From a bacterium (lineage in GTDB: Bacteria; SM23-31), in the NCBI GenBank assembly GCA_965249485.1, contig OZ252239.1, positions 2,976,001-3,040,000 of the forward strand: a stretch of DNA of 64,000 nt. Direction: 5' to 3'. Below the pieces are notes generated by a model. The model was not told the origin of the DNA, made no database searches, and was given only the letters and a program-made list of their open reading frames with translations. Position numbers and translations under genes: made by a program. Positions 9,801 through 18,502 of this stretch are shown here, in pieces. The first letter of the stretch is position 1. Each line of letters begins with the position of its first letter.

Positions 9801-10576
9801 TGTTTGTCACCTGCAGCCAGGTTATTCTGTAGAATTTTTGCGATTTCAAGAGCATTGATTAGGAAAAAACCCTCAATTTCAGAGTCCTGTTTTTGCGTCT
9901 CCGAATTATTCAAGGGCACAATACGAGCCGGGACGATGAGCGTATTTTCACCCTCAGGAATAAGAGGTTGAGACGGCAACTCCAATTCAAGAACGAATCC
10001 CCCGTTATTATTTTCTCCGTCAGGAATCAGAGTCTGAATATCTAATAGGGAAAATGAATTATTGAGCGGAACTACTACACTTGGTAAAGTCGGTTCCGCT
10101 GCATTAGAAATGTTGTTTGAAAGATCTTTATCTTCATTAATGGCTAGAAAAATCGGTTTATTCTGGATTGCAGAAGAAATATTTTGATTAATGTCCTGAA
10201 TACGCAATAAATAAGGAATATGCAGCGGTCTATCGATTTGGATGTTATTATAATCAACTGGTGAATCAGAATTAACGACAAGGGGTAGTAATGTATGTTG
10301 TGGTTCAGCAGGATTGACGGATTGAATTTGATTCGAAGATTGCTTATTAGTTTGAGGTGTATAAATGGCAGTTCCGGACACATTTGCTTCTTGAGCATTT
10401 TGTGACCGGTTCTGAGCTAATGCTTGGACAGCAGTGACCGGAACAGCCCGCGCTAAAAAGGATTCAAAATCAGATTGCGACTGGGCACTTTGCACCCTTT
10501 CGCCTGAAACGAATCCCGACAATGAGTTTAAATCTTGTCCTGTAAATCCAAATAAAGTAGCTAAGGAATTATACAC
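6827..10576 (-). CDS. fliK: Flagellar hook-length control protein FliK (1249 aa)
   Basis: Long low-complexity S/N/Q/E-rich region; C-terminal T3S4 domain EMQVRLVPPHLGKMMLRI...LAQLRESIAEKGV; lies upstream of flgD. Confidence 0.85.
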   Translation of the reverse strand: MYNSLATLFGFTGQDLNSLSGFVSGERVQSAQSQSDFESFLARAVPVTAVQALAQNRSQNAQEANVSGTAIYTPQTNKQSSNQIQSVNPAEPQHTLLPLVVNSDSPVDYNNIQIDRPLHIPYLLRIQDINQNISSAIQNKPIFLAINEDKDLSNNISNAAEPTLPSVVVPLNNSFSLLDIQTLIPDGENNNGGFVLELELPSQPLIPEGENTLIVPARIVPLNNSETQKQDSEIEGFFLINALEIAKILQNNLAAGDKQISSDNISNYKSVLPENDIPSIPALNVQSQDPIQNEKHVNTPLELPSKSNNNTFDLKYLSNLSKENVSNTGRVDTISVQDILRSVIDELKQEYLQSTGNKNEKEQLNDNAADFSHAQPVMEIITQNVRSLSLPDSSVSLLNVLEKIANLSDTNITETITMGDSETSILISVDTQEIVDAINDALVRYNRSTENTVADNFSSNNMRKPYNGETSEDIHSLLNSISLQAENGDDKAITIRFEIAGSLSNEENSDIVPNNSETNKNKLESNDLSVPITKSNQNSHITPNLSQVFPFLTENVRSEIASLIQEAQSNAPKQDISKHTFTFEVSVRDNSLPKEIDISKLQASLSQMVSLLHSGSNSSQLTIDNFIASLPEEMHDALQKIEFSFTSVLSGMEVSQNIGNNIEHNLDLLTDFQRSNINHDFTDRVSESLIQRVSNEVEIRLADITGNETSLSISIESNSEVSIKNTLPQVSQIEAVASKTLNGNTLFKDQNLVISVANLTTALNSADSEIGYVDIPVDMSTKDNNSQSLLRISYDSAVRLLEISTGNIENINPSISEYPNEIKVNQYNSMSTSVQEDELIQGVVIDHVQSEIDYVVQPKSLDQPEAIQQIDDRPVTIRIPLNTVEPSSNTMADDQNGLDHRNAEHNEPIQLQDDADNDDLVNNGKREQAISVSTDTKVHVPESGHKVDVQTILREDEDTSKIVGRTDDAAKVEVPKSVSFVIETSVTDYSEKFEGENLKVQGMFVEKTNEARTSKDIEFGDDGSNPDAKSRGDTYFVQEASDSHTGNSGDRRDSLFEKPTVTQEFIDSNGIDSKASKAFDIQNVLRVQEHSDKMPTTHRQPEVWESKDLAEHLVRHAQMSLRKGVSEMQVRLVPPHLGKMMLRIQMEDNQMSAIVRVETQEAKVLLQNNLAQLRESIAEKGVDIQTFDVHVQQDMQQDLNQSRWMKNDREAQNHFNQNDDNLTEELPYDETNNQAISRNFGYNTMELVV

Positions 10577-10679
10577 AACCGCATCAACTCTTTAAATTAA
10601 CGATGCCGTATCTGTCCTTGTTGACTATTTCCTATAGCCACTTATTGCCAATTCAAATTTTAGTATCCGGCTCTCATTG

Positions 10680-10695
10680 TGCAAGTAACGTGCCA
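10680..10695 (-). promoter_or_regulatory. sigma54 promoter for fliK-flgD-TIGR02530-flgE
   Basis: Minus strand TGGCACGTTACTTGCA, a perfect TGGCAC-N5-TTGCA. Confidence 0.9.
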
Positions 10696-10817
10696 GAATA
10701 ATAGTGCATTCTAATAATAGTGTAGTTATAAGCTTGAAAAATTAATTAATGTCTGTCTTAACACAATAGACTACCAACAATAAGCCGGAATATTTTACAT
10801 GAGTGTTGAAAATAACC

Positions 10818-10830
10818 GGCAAAGTTTTCC
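10818..10830. promoter_or_regulatory. Candidate enhancer (bEBP) site upstream of the fliK promoter
   Basis: GGCAA-AGT-TTTCC, ~125 bp upstream of -24; matches the palindrome upstream of flgB. Confidence 0.5.
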
Positions 10831-10841
10831 CTGATCCATCC

Positions 10842-11423
10842 CTAATCCTGCTGAAGTTGCTGGTACCGTCTGATTATATCCGCTGCCCGCACCGGATCAC
10901 CTAAAGCTTCTATCACTTTTCCTGCTTCTCGGTCAGTCATCCGGTAAAGAATTCCAACAGCAGTCTGATCCGGCAATTGAATTAATATTTGGGCTGCCTG
11001 TTGGGGCACCATATTATTGTAGAGCAGCGCTAATTTCGCCAGATTAGCATTTTGGGAGGCTGTTAGTTGCGCTTGGCGTCCAAGTAATTGATCCCGAAGT
11101 GCTGCAATGCTATCCTCGCGTACTGCAACGTTTAATTCAATAGAATCAAGTACTGTTTCACGATTTGCAAGTTGAAACATCCTGTCATCAATCTGCTGCT
11201 GTAATTCCTGTGCAGGTGTTAATGTTGTATCAATTTGTATACCCATACCGGTAGAATCGGCCTCAAGGCCAGCCATTATTAACAATTTGGTGACTGTCGG
11301 TTTTAACATCTCTTCATATGGCATTGTTTTAGAACGGAATTTGTATCCGGCAAATCCTACAATTGCTAGAATAATCACAAAAATGAAAATGTATTTTAAG
11401 AGTGCTGCAATTAATTTTCTCAT
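10842..11423 (-). CDS. MotE/FlbB/YlxF-like flagellar protein (TM, coiled coil, MgtE-N-like domain)
   Basis: N-terminal TM; KLALLYNNMVPQQAAQIL...ILYRMTDREAGKVIEAL; lies between fliJ and fliK. Confidence 0.8.
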   Translation of the reverse strand: MRKLIAALLKYIFIFVIILAIVGFAGYKFRSKTMPYEEMLKPTVTKLLIMAGLEADSTGMGIQIDTTLTPAQELQQQIDDRMFQLANRETVLDSIELNVAVREDSIAALRDQLLGRQAQLTASQNANLAKLALLYNNMVPQQAAQILIQLPDQTAVGILYRMTDREAGKVIEALGDPVRAADIIRRYQQLQQD

Positions 11424-11899
11424 GATACACCCTGAATCGATATGTTCACAGGATTATTTTTTTGCTGAAAAAACTTTCCGCCTGCTAAATCATCAGATAT
11501 GAACTGTTCATCTGATAAAGTCTCTTTCATATAACTACTGAATTTCTTTTCTTTAAGTCGTTCGATGATCCGGCGATCTTTTACTGCTTCCACAAGGATT
11601 ACTCTCCGTTTTTCCACCTCTTCACAGGCGAGTTTAATCAACTCAAACTGCCGTGCTATTTGGTGCTCTAACATCTGAAAGTATCGGTAATACATATTGA
11701 TTTCCAAAACATTAATTTCATCTTGTTCACGGGTATAAAGCATATCAATATACTTAGAACGATTCCGTTTTACGTCATTGAGTTTTGCTACAGCTTTATC
11801 GTGTTCATTTTGAGCAGCAAGAAAATCTCTCCGACGTGCTTCTTCAATTGTGTGTTTTATATCTAATACGCGTTGTAATCGAAATCTAAATTTTTTCAT
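11420..11899 (-). CDS. fliJ: Flagellar export chaperone FliJ
   Basis: MKKFRFRLQRVLDIK...AVKDRRIIERLKEK...EQFISDD. Confidence 0.9.
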   Translation of the reverse strand: MKKFRFRLQRVLDIKHTIEEARRRDFLAAQNEHDKAVAKLNDVKRNRSKYIDMLYTREQDEINVLEINMYYRYFQMLEHQIARQFELIKLACEEVEKRRVILVEAVKDRRIIERLKEKKFSSYMKETLSDEQFISDDLAGGKFFQQKNNPVNISIQGVS

Positions 11900-13233
11900 G
11901 CCGTAGATTCTGACTGTATTATCAGCTTTAACTCATTAATGGTGCTTTGATAATCAAACTATTCTGTAATGCCCTGCCTGACATATTCATTGATTTTACT
12001 GTTCATTTTCAATGCAAGATCAATATCGGGATTACTACCTTCTGCATAGGCTCCGATGTTTATTAAATCTTCTGCTTCCCGGTATGATGCTATGAGCCTG
12101 AGAATTTTGGCTGCGGCATCCTGATGCTCTTTATCAGTTACGTCTATCATTAATCTGGACACACTGTCAAGTACATCTATAGCAGGATAGTGATTAAGCG
12201 AAGCCAGCCTTCTCGACAGAACTATATGACCGTCAAGAATAGAACGCATTGCATCCGAGATTGGCTCATTCATATCATCCGATTCAACAAGGACCGCATA
12301 GATCGCTGTTATACTACCCTCAAATGTTTTGCCGGTTCTTTCAAGCAATTTTGGAAGCATCGCAAACACCGAAGGCGGATATCCCTTTGTTGTTGGCGGC
12401 TCTCCGATTGAAAGTCCTATTTCCCTTTGTGCCTGGGCGATTCTTGTTGCTGAATCCATGAGAAACATTACATCATTTCCGCCATGTCGAAAATATTCTG
12501 CAATTGCTGTTGCCACATAGGCACCTTTAATCCTCACAAGAGCCGGTTCATCGGAAGTAACGGCAATTACAACCGACCGTTTCAGTCCTTCTTCACCGAG
12601 GTCATTCTCGATAAACTCTCTGACTTCTCTGCCTCGTTCACCTATAAGCGCAATAACATTTACATCAGCAGATGTATTCCGTGCAATCATTCCGAGAAGC
12701 ACTGACTTTCCAACACCGCTACCGGAAAAGATTCCTACTCTTTGACCTTTTCCCAGAGAAATGAGCGAATCTATCGCTTTTATTCCTGTAGCCAATGGTT
12801 CATTAATCCTGTCACGATCGAGCGGTCTCGGCGGTCTATTCTGTATAGACATTTCTTCTTCATACACAAGTGGGCCTTTGTTATCAATCGGCTCACCAAA
12901 TCCGTTAAGAACTCTTCCCTGCAATTCAGGGCCAATTCTGATTGAGAACGGCTCCCCACTTGCAATTACATCTGCACCCGGACTGATTCCATGCACTTCA
13001 CCGAGGGGCATCAGTAATACTTTATTATCGCGAAATCCGACAACCTCGGCCGTCTGTACCTCCTGAATTCCAGGAGTTTTTATAAAACATTTTTCACCGA
13101 TACTGACTGTCGGACCAACCGATTCAATGACTAAACCGATAATCCGATCAACACGCCCTTTCAACTTTACATGCCTGGAATCATCCGCGATCGTCGAATA
13201 TTTATTCGATATTTTCTCCAGAATCTCGATCAA
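11896..13233 (-). CDS. fliI: Flagellar export ATPase FliI with premature TAG at 11959-11961 (20 more codons follow in frame)
   Basis: Walker A GSGVGKS, ALIGERGREV, MDSATR. After the TAG the frame reads FDYQSTINELKLIIQSESTA to a TGA overlapping the fliJ ATG (ATGA). Confidence 0.9.
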
Positions 13234-13930
13234 TCTTCTGCTCCAATCCTTTATTTACTGACGATTCCAATTCGGCCAATTGCGTTTCAATAGTGGCATC
13301 GATCATACCTGAATTCGTTTCAAGAACGCAACCACCTCTGGTGATTTTTTCATCCGGAATAATTTCAATATGGTTGACATATTCCTTCGGAATAAATTTC
13401 TCCTTCTCATTAAACTGATCGACATCATCCGGATGAACATGGAATAACAATTTGCTCTCATCAACTATATATTTCAATGCTTTGTTGACATGGTCTCTTA
13501 TTATTTTCTCCTGCGTAACTATTGACTCACCAACAATCTTTTTTGCAAAATGGAAAGCCAAATTAATAATAGTTTTCTCTGCTTCCTTCAGCAGATTGCT
13601 ATTAAAATCAATTGTTTCACGAATCGTCTGGGACAGCTTATTCAATAGCTCTTCAAGCTGCAAATGTACTTCACTTTTGCCTGAAGTTTCACCGTCACTG
13701 TACCCCCGGTTGTATTCTTCCGCTTTCTCTTTTTCTAAATTAGGCTGAATCTCAGCTATCTTTTGCTCTATAAGGACTGGGAGTCTTTGCTTAATTTCTT
13801 TCTGTAAACGCCTGTTAAACTCACGCTTCTGCACATCCTCGATCGGTTCGGGAACCCAAACAAAATCGATTTTGTCTTCACTCGTTATCTGCGAAATGGG
13901 CTTTTAAATATTTATATTAAAATCTGCCAT
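13202..13930 (-). pseudogene. fliH: Flagellar assembly protein FliH with in-frame TAA at codon 9 (or intact if started at GTG 13834)
   Basis: EEYNRGYSDG motif and ITRGGCVLETNSGMIDATIETQL. ATG 13930 lies 4 nt after the fliG stop and is in frame but interrupted by TAA at 13904-13906. Confidence 0.75.
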
Positions 13931-13933
13931 ATA

Positions 13934-14965
13934 TTATGCCACGATTTCTTCCTCACCACCTCTGCCGGATATTACAATCTCACCATCTTCTTCAAGAGAA
14001 CGGACAAGTTCTACAATTTTCATTTGTGCTTCCTCAACATCCTTGAGTCTGACAGGACCCATAAAGTCCAATTCTTCCCTAATTAAACCAGCAGCCCGCT
14101 CGGACATGTTTTGAAATATCTGCTCTTTTAATTCTTCACCGGAAACCTTTAATGCTATACTCAAATCCTTCGTGTCTAATTCTCTCAGTATTCTTTGAAT
14201 TGATCTATCATCAAGCACTACAAGATCATCAAAAGTGAACATCAAATTTTTAACTTCTACCGCAAGTTCAGGATTCCGTTTCTCCAGATCAGCTAATATT
14301 GTTCTTTCTCTCGATCTGTTTGCCATATTCAGTATTTCCGCAACAGATTGCGCACCACCGGCAGAACTTAGATCATGACCAAACACTGTTTCTACTTGAT
14401 TTTCAAGCACACCCTCTATATCGTTCAGGAGTTCTGGAGAAATTTTACCCATAGTTGCGATTCTGAATGCAACTTCAGCTTGTAATTCAGGTGAAAGATC
14501 TGCTAAAATCGACGCGACTTGCTGCGGCTCAAGATTAGCGAGTATCAGCGAAATTGTCTGCGGATGTTCATGTTGAATAAAATTAAGAAGCTGGTTTGCA
14601 TCGACATCCTTTAAGAGTTTGAAACCACTTACATGAATAGCTGATTCGACTTTCGATACAATTTCATGCGCTTTACGGGAACCAAGCGCTTTTTCTAGTA
14701 CATTCTGTGCATAATCGAGGCCACCCTGCGAAATATACTCCTGTGCCATTATCATCTGATAAAATTCTTCGATAACTGATTCCATTATTGTTGAGGGAAC
14801 ATCATTCATCTGCGCAATTTCAACGGCAAGACGCTCTACATCTTTTTCTTTCAAATTTTTGAATATCTGAGAAGCAGCTTCAGCGCCAACTGCAATAATT
14901 AAAATGGCTGCTTTCTGTCGACCTGATAGTTTTTCTACATTGAGTGTAATGTCTTCTTCAGTCAT
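13934..14965 (-). CDS. fliG: Flagellar motor switch protein FliG
   Basis: LSGRQKAAILII, EHPQTI, MFTFDDL, MSERAA, GPVRLKDVEEAQ. Confidence 0.97.
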   Translation of the reverse strand: MTEEDITLNVEKLSGRQKAAILIIAVGAEAASQIFKNLKEKDVERLAVEIAQMNDVPSTIMESVIEEFYQMIMAQEYISQGGLDYAQNVLEKALGSRKAHEIVSKVESAIHVSGFKLLKDVDANQLLNFIQHEHPQTISLILANLEPQQVASILADLSPELQAEVAFRIATMGKISPELLNDIEGVLENQVETVFGHDLSSAGGAQSVAEILNMANRSRERTILADLEKRNPELAVEVKNLMFTFDDLVVLDDRSIQRILRELDTKDLSIALKVSGEELKEQIFQNMSERAAGLIREELDFMGPVRLKDVEEAQMKIVELVRSLEEDGEIVISGRGGEEEIVA

Positions 14966-14968
14966 GTA

Positions 14969-16474
14969 TTACTTCTCCTCAATCAGCCATGTATTCAATA
15001 ATGACGCTACGTTTGAAGGTTTCTCTTTCGTGAATCTGGATACTTGGTCAAGCATTTGAGCACGGCGTTGTGCTTCAGCAGAAATTTCTTCCTCGATGGC
15101 TTCAGCTTCAATATCGATGGCAGGTTTCGGTTTCGGCAGAAGAAGGTCAAGGCTTCTGAATACAGATCTCAGAACAAAGATGAATAATATAGCAGCACCT
15201 GTCATAAGAAACCATTTGATAATATTCTGGATAAGTGTTGTCTGTTCCTGCTGCGCGAGTCTTTCTGCCTGTTCCACTACGATGGTATTATCAAATTGGT
15301 AATCGACGACTGATACCTGATCACCTCTATCAGTATTTGCGCCAATTGCGTTTATTACACTTTGCTCCAAGGAGCTAAGTTCCTCCGGCGAACGAGGCTG
15401 ATAAGCAAATTCTCCATCCGGTTGTTCAACCATTCTTCCATTCACAAGAACGGAAACTGAAATACCTGCAACCTGACCGAAGTCATCGACCGTGTTTTCT
15501 ATAGTCTCATTTATTTCATAATTTGTAGTAGTGCGTTCATTGTTCGATGCCTGTCCAACTGTATCAGATAAGCCACCAGCGGCAGATTCACGTTCCTGCG
15601 AACGAATTACCGCTGACGCCGGATCATACGTTTTGCTCGTAATATTTCTTTGCGTAAAATTCATATCAACGGCAACATTAACAATGGAGTTATTCGGTCC
15701 CAATGCCTCTATAAGTGTCCCTTCGAGTTTCGATCTCAAATCGAGCTCAATAGAACTTTTTAAACGTAATTGCTCAGACCGCAGTGCCAGCAGCGGATCT
15801 TTATTGATAACACTCGAAAGATTACTTCCGAATGAATCCGATATTATGACATTTGCCGGAAGCAATCCCTCTACACTGTTCGCTACCAATGATGCAATAG
15901 TCGTAACCTGTTCCGACGTTAATGTTGTGTTTCCTTGAAGTGTCAGGAGTACTGAAGCTGTTGTCGGTTTTTGATCCTGTACAAATAAACTTTGCTGTGG
16001 AACCACGATCCGAACCTGCGCCATCTCAATCATCTGCATTGCCCGAATGGTTCTACTGAGTTCACCTTCAAGAGCGCGCTTAAAATTGACCTGCTGAATA
16101 AAGTCGGTCATGCCGATATTAGTTCTATCAAAAATCTCATACCCAATCACTCCCCCGGTTATGAGACCGCTCGTAGTTATTTCAAGCCTGAGCTCAAGCT
16201 CCTGTCCCTGCGGAACAAGAATCGCTGTTCCTTCAGTTTCTAATTGATATGGGGTGCCCTGCTCCTGAAGATACTGAACAATTGCCTGAGCATCTTGTGG
16301 CTGTAAATTTGACTGAAGAACAACCCACTGCTGCTCACCGGTCCAAGTCATAACCGATACAATGACAACAACACCGAATATTGCCGCAAAGGCAACAACG
16401 GCCTTCTGTTTAGCATCAAGTTTTGTGAAAACTGCTTTTACTTGTTTTATAAACTGTACAAAGAAATCAAACAT
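14969..16474 (-). CDS. fliF: Flagellar MS-ring protein FliF
   Basis: Two TMs; GYEIFD...GMTDF...RALEGELSRTI; ASVLL; LVANSVEGL. Confidence 0.95.
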   Translation of the reverse strand: MFDFFVQFIKQVKAVFTKLDAKQKAVVAFAAIFGVVVIVSVMTWTGEQQWVVLQSNLQPQDAQAIVQYLQEQGTPYQLETEGTAILVPQGQELELRLEITTSGLITGGVIGYEIFDRTNIGMTDFIQQVNFKRALEGELSRTIRAMQMIEMAQVRIVVPQQSLFVQDQKPTTASVLLTLQGNTTLTSEQVTTIASLVANSVEGLLPANVIISDSFGSNLSSVINKDPLLALRSEQLRLKSSIELDLRSKLEGTLIEALGPNNSIVNVAVDMNFTQRNITSKTYDPASAVIRSQERESAAGGLSDTVGQASNNERTTTNYEINETIENTVDDFGQVAGISVSVLVNGRMVEQPDGEFAYQPRSPEELSSLEQSVINAIGANTDRGDQVSVVDYQFDNTIVVEQAERLAQQEQTTLIQNIIKWFLMTGAAILFIFVLRSVFRSLDLLLPKPKPAIDIEAEAIEEEISAEAQRRAQMLDQVSRFTKEKPSNVASLLNTWLIEEK

Positions 16475-16596
16475 GGCTAACGTGTTTCCGAATTAGAGGA
16501 TTTTTGTTTAATGCTCACATTAATTATGAATTTTGTTTTTAATCTGATAGAACGCGAGTCGCTGTACGAGAACTATCCAGTTCACTGACTTAGATT

Positions 16597-16923
16597 CTAC
16601 ACCTGCATTCTCAAAATTTCCTGATATGCCTCGATCATTTTGTTCCGTAGTTCCATCATGAGTTCAAAACTGGTACCTGCTTTTTCCACTGCAACCATAA
16701 CATCATGGACATCTTTTATCTCGCCCGTGAGCAATTTTTCAACTGACTTTCCCGCTTCCTGCTGAAGATCATTGACATCCTTCACAAATCCCTGCAATGT
16801 TTCAGAAAACGTTTTGTAATTTTCTTTCGTATGGTCTATTTCCGGCTGCTTGGGCCTCGTAATATCAGTACGAATTCCCTGCGGCTTTATAGCTCCTTGC
16901 TGTATGTTCGATATTTGTACCAT
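16597..16923 (-). CDS. fliE: Hook-basal body protein FliE
   Basis: DVHDVMVAVEKA...RNKMIEAYQEILRMQV. Confidence 0.95.
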   Translation of the reverse strand: MVQISNIQQGAIKPQGIRTDITRPKQPEIDHTKENYKTFSETLQGFVKDVNDLQQEAGKSVEKLLTGEIKDVHDVMVAVEKAGTSFELMMELRNKMIEAYQEILRMQV

Positions 16924-16944
16924 ACTTCACTCCGGATTAATTGT

Positions 16945-17298
16945 TCATCCTCTTATATCAAGGTGATTTCCGAGTATCCCATTCCTTGATAACCCGGGAT
17001 TTATACTTGGTTCACTTTTCTGTAGTAATGTATATACCTTTAACGGTTGAGCTGTACTTTGCACATTATCAACCTGAAATAACTGTTCGAAAAGCTGTTT
17101 TTCCTCAACAGATAACAATTTCTGAAGATTCTATGCTTTTACATTCGAGGCTATCGTCTTTGATGCTGTTGCTTTATCGGTTTCGGGAATCGTAAATGGT
17201 TTTGATGAGCCAATTTTCTTAGATTGGTTCAGCCCATCCGAGCCTGGTGCTCTCCGAACTGCCTCCGGTTGAAAATTTTGTATTTTGTTTACAACCAT
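16945..17298 (-). pseudogene. Small flagellar-locus protein (117 codons) interrupted by TAG at 17131-17133
   Basis: Manual translation MVVNKIQNFQPE...NVKA*NLQKLLSVEEKQLFEQLF...GILGNHLDIRG; fills the flgC-fliE gap. Confidence 0.7.
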
Positions 17299-17329
17299 TT
17301 TTTTTGTCAGATATTCTAGTTATGCAAAT

Positions 17330-17827
17330 TTATATTTCAAGCGCTGTCATCATCATGTTTTTTGACGCATTCATTGCGGTTACATTCGCTTCATACGCTC
17401 TGGTAGCAGATATCATATTCACCATTTCAGTCACGATATTGATATTCGGATACGCGACAAAACCGTTCTCATCCGCATCGGGATGTGACGGCTCGTATAC
17501 AAGACGAGGCGGTGAACTCTCTTTAAAAATCTGGTCAATTTCCACACCCTGAAACATATTTTCTTTTCTCTCAACAGTTTGTTCGTTATCGAAATGGCCT
17601 TCCTTCGTTCTTTTGATCCGCATAATTTCTTCACTCAGGAGCGTAATGAACTCCGCTTTTGTTCCGGACTTCATAATGACTTGCTGCCGGCGATACGGAC
17701 CACCCTCCTCTGTTCGGGTTGTTTCCACATTAGCAATGTTGCTTGCGGTGGCGTTCATTTTTGTCCTCTGGGATGTTAATCCCGTAGCACTTATATCGAT
17801 TGCTGAAAAAAGTCCTCCGATAGGCAT
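17330..17827 (-). CDS. flgC: Basal-body rod protein FlgC
   Basis: NIANVETTRT...GGPYRRQ; YEPSHPDADENGFVAYPNINIVTEMVNMISATRAYEAN. Confidence 0.97.
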   Translation of the reverse strand: MPIGGLFSAIDISATGLTSQRTKMNATASNIANVETTRTEEGGPYRRQQVIMKSGTKAEFITLLSEEIMRIKRTKEGHFDNEQTVERKENMFQGVEIDQIFKESSPPRLVYEPSHPDADENGFVAYPNINIVTEMVNMISATRAYEANVTAMNASKNMMMTALEI

Positions 17828-17843
17828 AATTCTATCCTAACTG

Positions 17844-18269
17844 TTAGCGAATTGGTTCTCCACGAATTGCTGATTTCAATTTATTAAAAGACCGTTCCAT
17901 AAATCGTGCAGCATACGTAAATCGGATTTGATTTTTTGCAAGTTCTGACATTTCCCGATCGATATCGACATTATTTTTACCGCTGGCAAGCGACTCATCT
18001 TTCGGAATAAAAGGAATATGTTTCACGTCGTCTATTCTGGGTTTACCGACACTAAGATGTTTTGGGTCGGTACGATAACCGAATAAACCTCGTTTATTAA
18101 GAGCGGCTTTGAGGTCTTCTTCAAAACCTACTTCTGATCTCCTGTAACCGGGAGTATCGACATTTGCAATATTATCTGAAATAGACTTTTGGCGCATCGA
18201 ATAAGCATCCAGGCTCTTATGGAGAACAGGCACTTTCGTCCTGCTAAAAATAAAATCACTGATCTTCAT
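17844..18269 (-). CDS. flgB: Basal-body rod protein FlgB
   Basis: NIANVDTPGY, NNVDIDREM. Confidence 0.95.
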   Translation of the reverse strand: MKISDFIFSRTKVPVLHKSLDAYSMRQKSISDNIANVDTPGYRRSEVGFEEDLKAALNKRGLFGYRTDPKHLSVGKPRIDDVKHIPFIPKDESLASGKNNVDIDREMSELAKNQIRFTYAARFMERSFNKLKSAIRGEPIR

Positions 18270-18339
18270 GAGTGTTTCCCCTTAAACGTTCCGGGACGCA
18301 CTGTCCCACTCGTTCAAATAAAAAATCAGTGACGCAACT

Positions 18340-18355
18340 GGCAATATTTATGCCA
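18340..18355 (-). promoter_or_regulatory. sigma54 promoter for the flgB operon
   Basis: Minus strand TGGCATAAATATTGCC (GG-N10-GC), ~70 nt upstream of flgB. Confidence 0.8.
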
Positions 18356-18453
18356 ATAAGAGAATTGAGAAATCCGAAGGGATAACTGAGATGAAATGCT
18401 ACAAAAAAAATATACCCTAAAAATGTGAAGCTGGAAAAAGATACAGGGTAATC

Positions 18454-18466
18454 GGCAAGAATTGCC
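18454..18466. promoter_or_regulatory. Candidate enhancer (bEBP) palindrome upstream of the flgB promoter
   Basis: Perfect GGCAA-GAA-TTGCC, ~100 bp upstream of -24. Confidence 0.6.
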
Positions 18467-18502
18467 TAATACTTGAGGAATTTCACAAAAAATATTTCTT
18501 TA

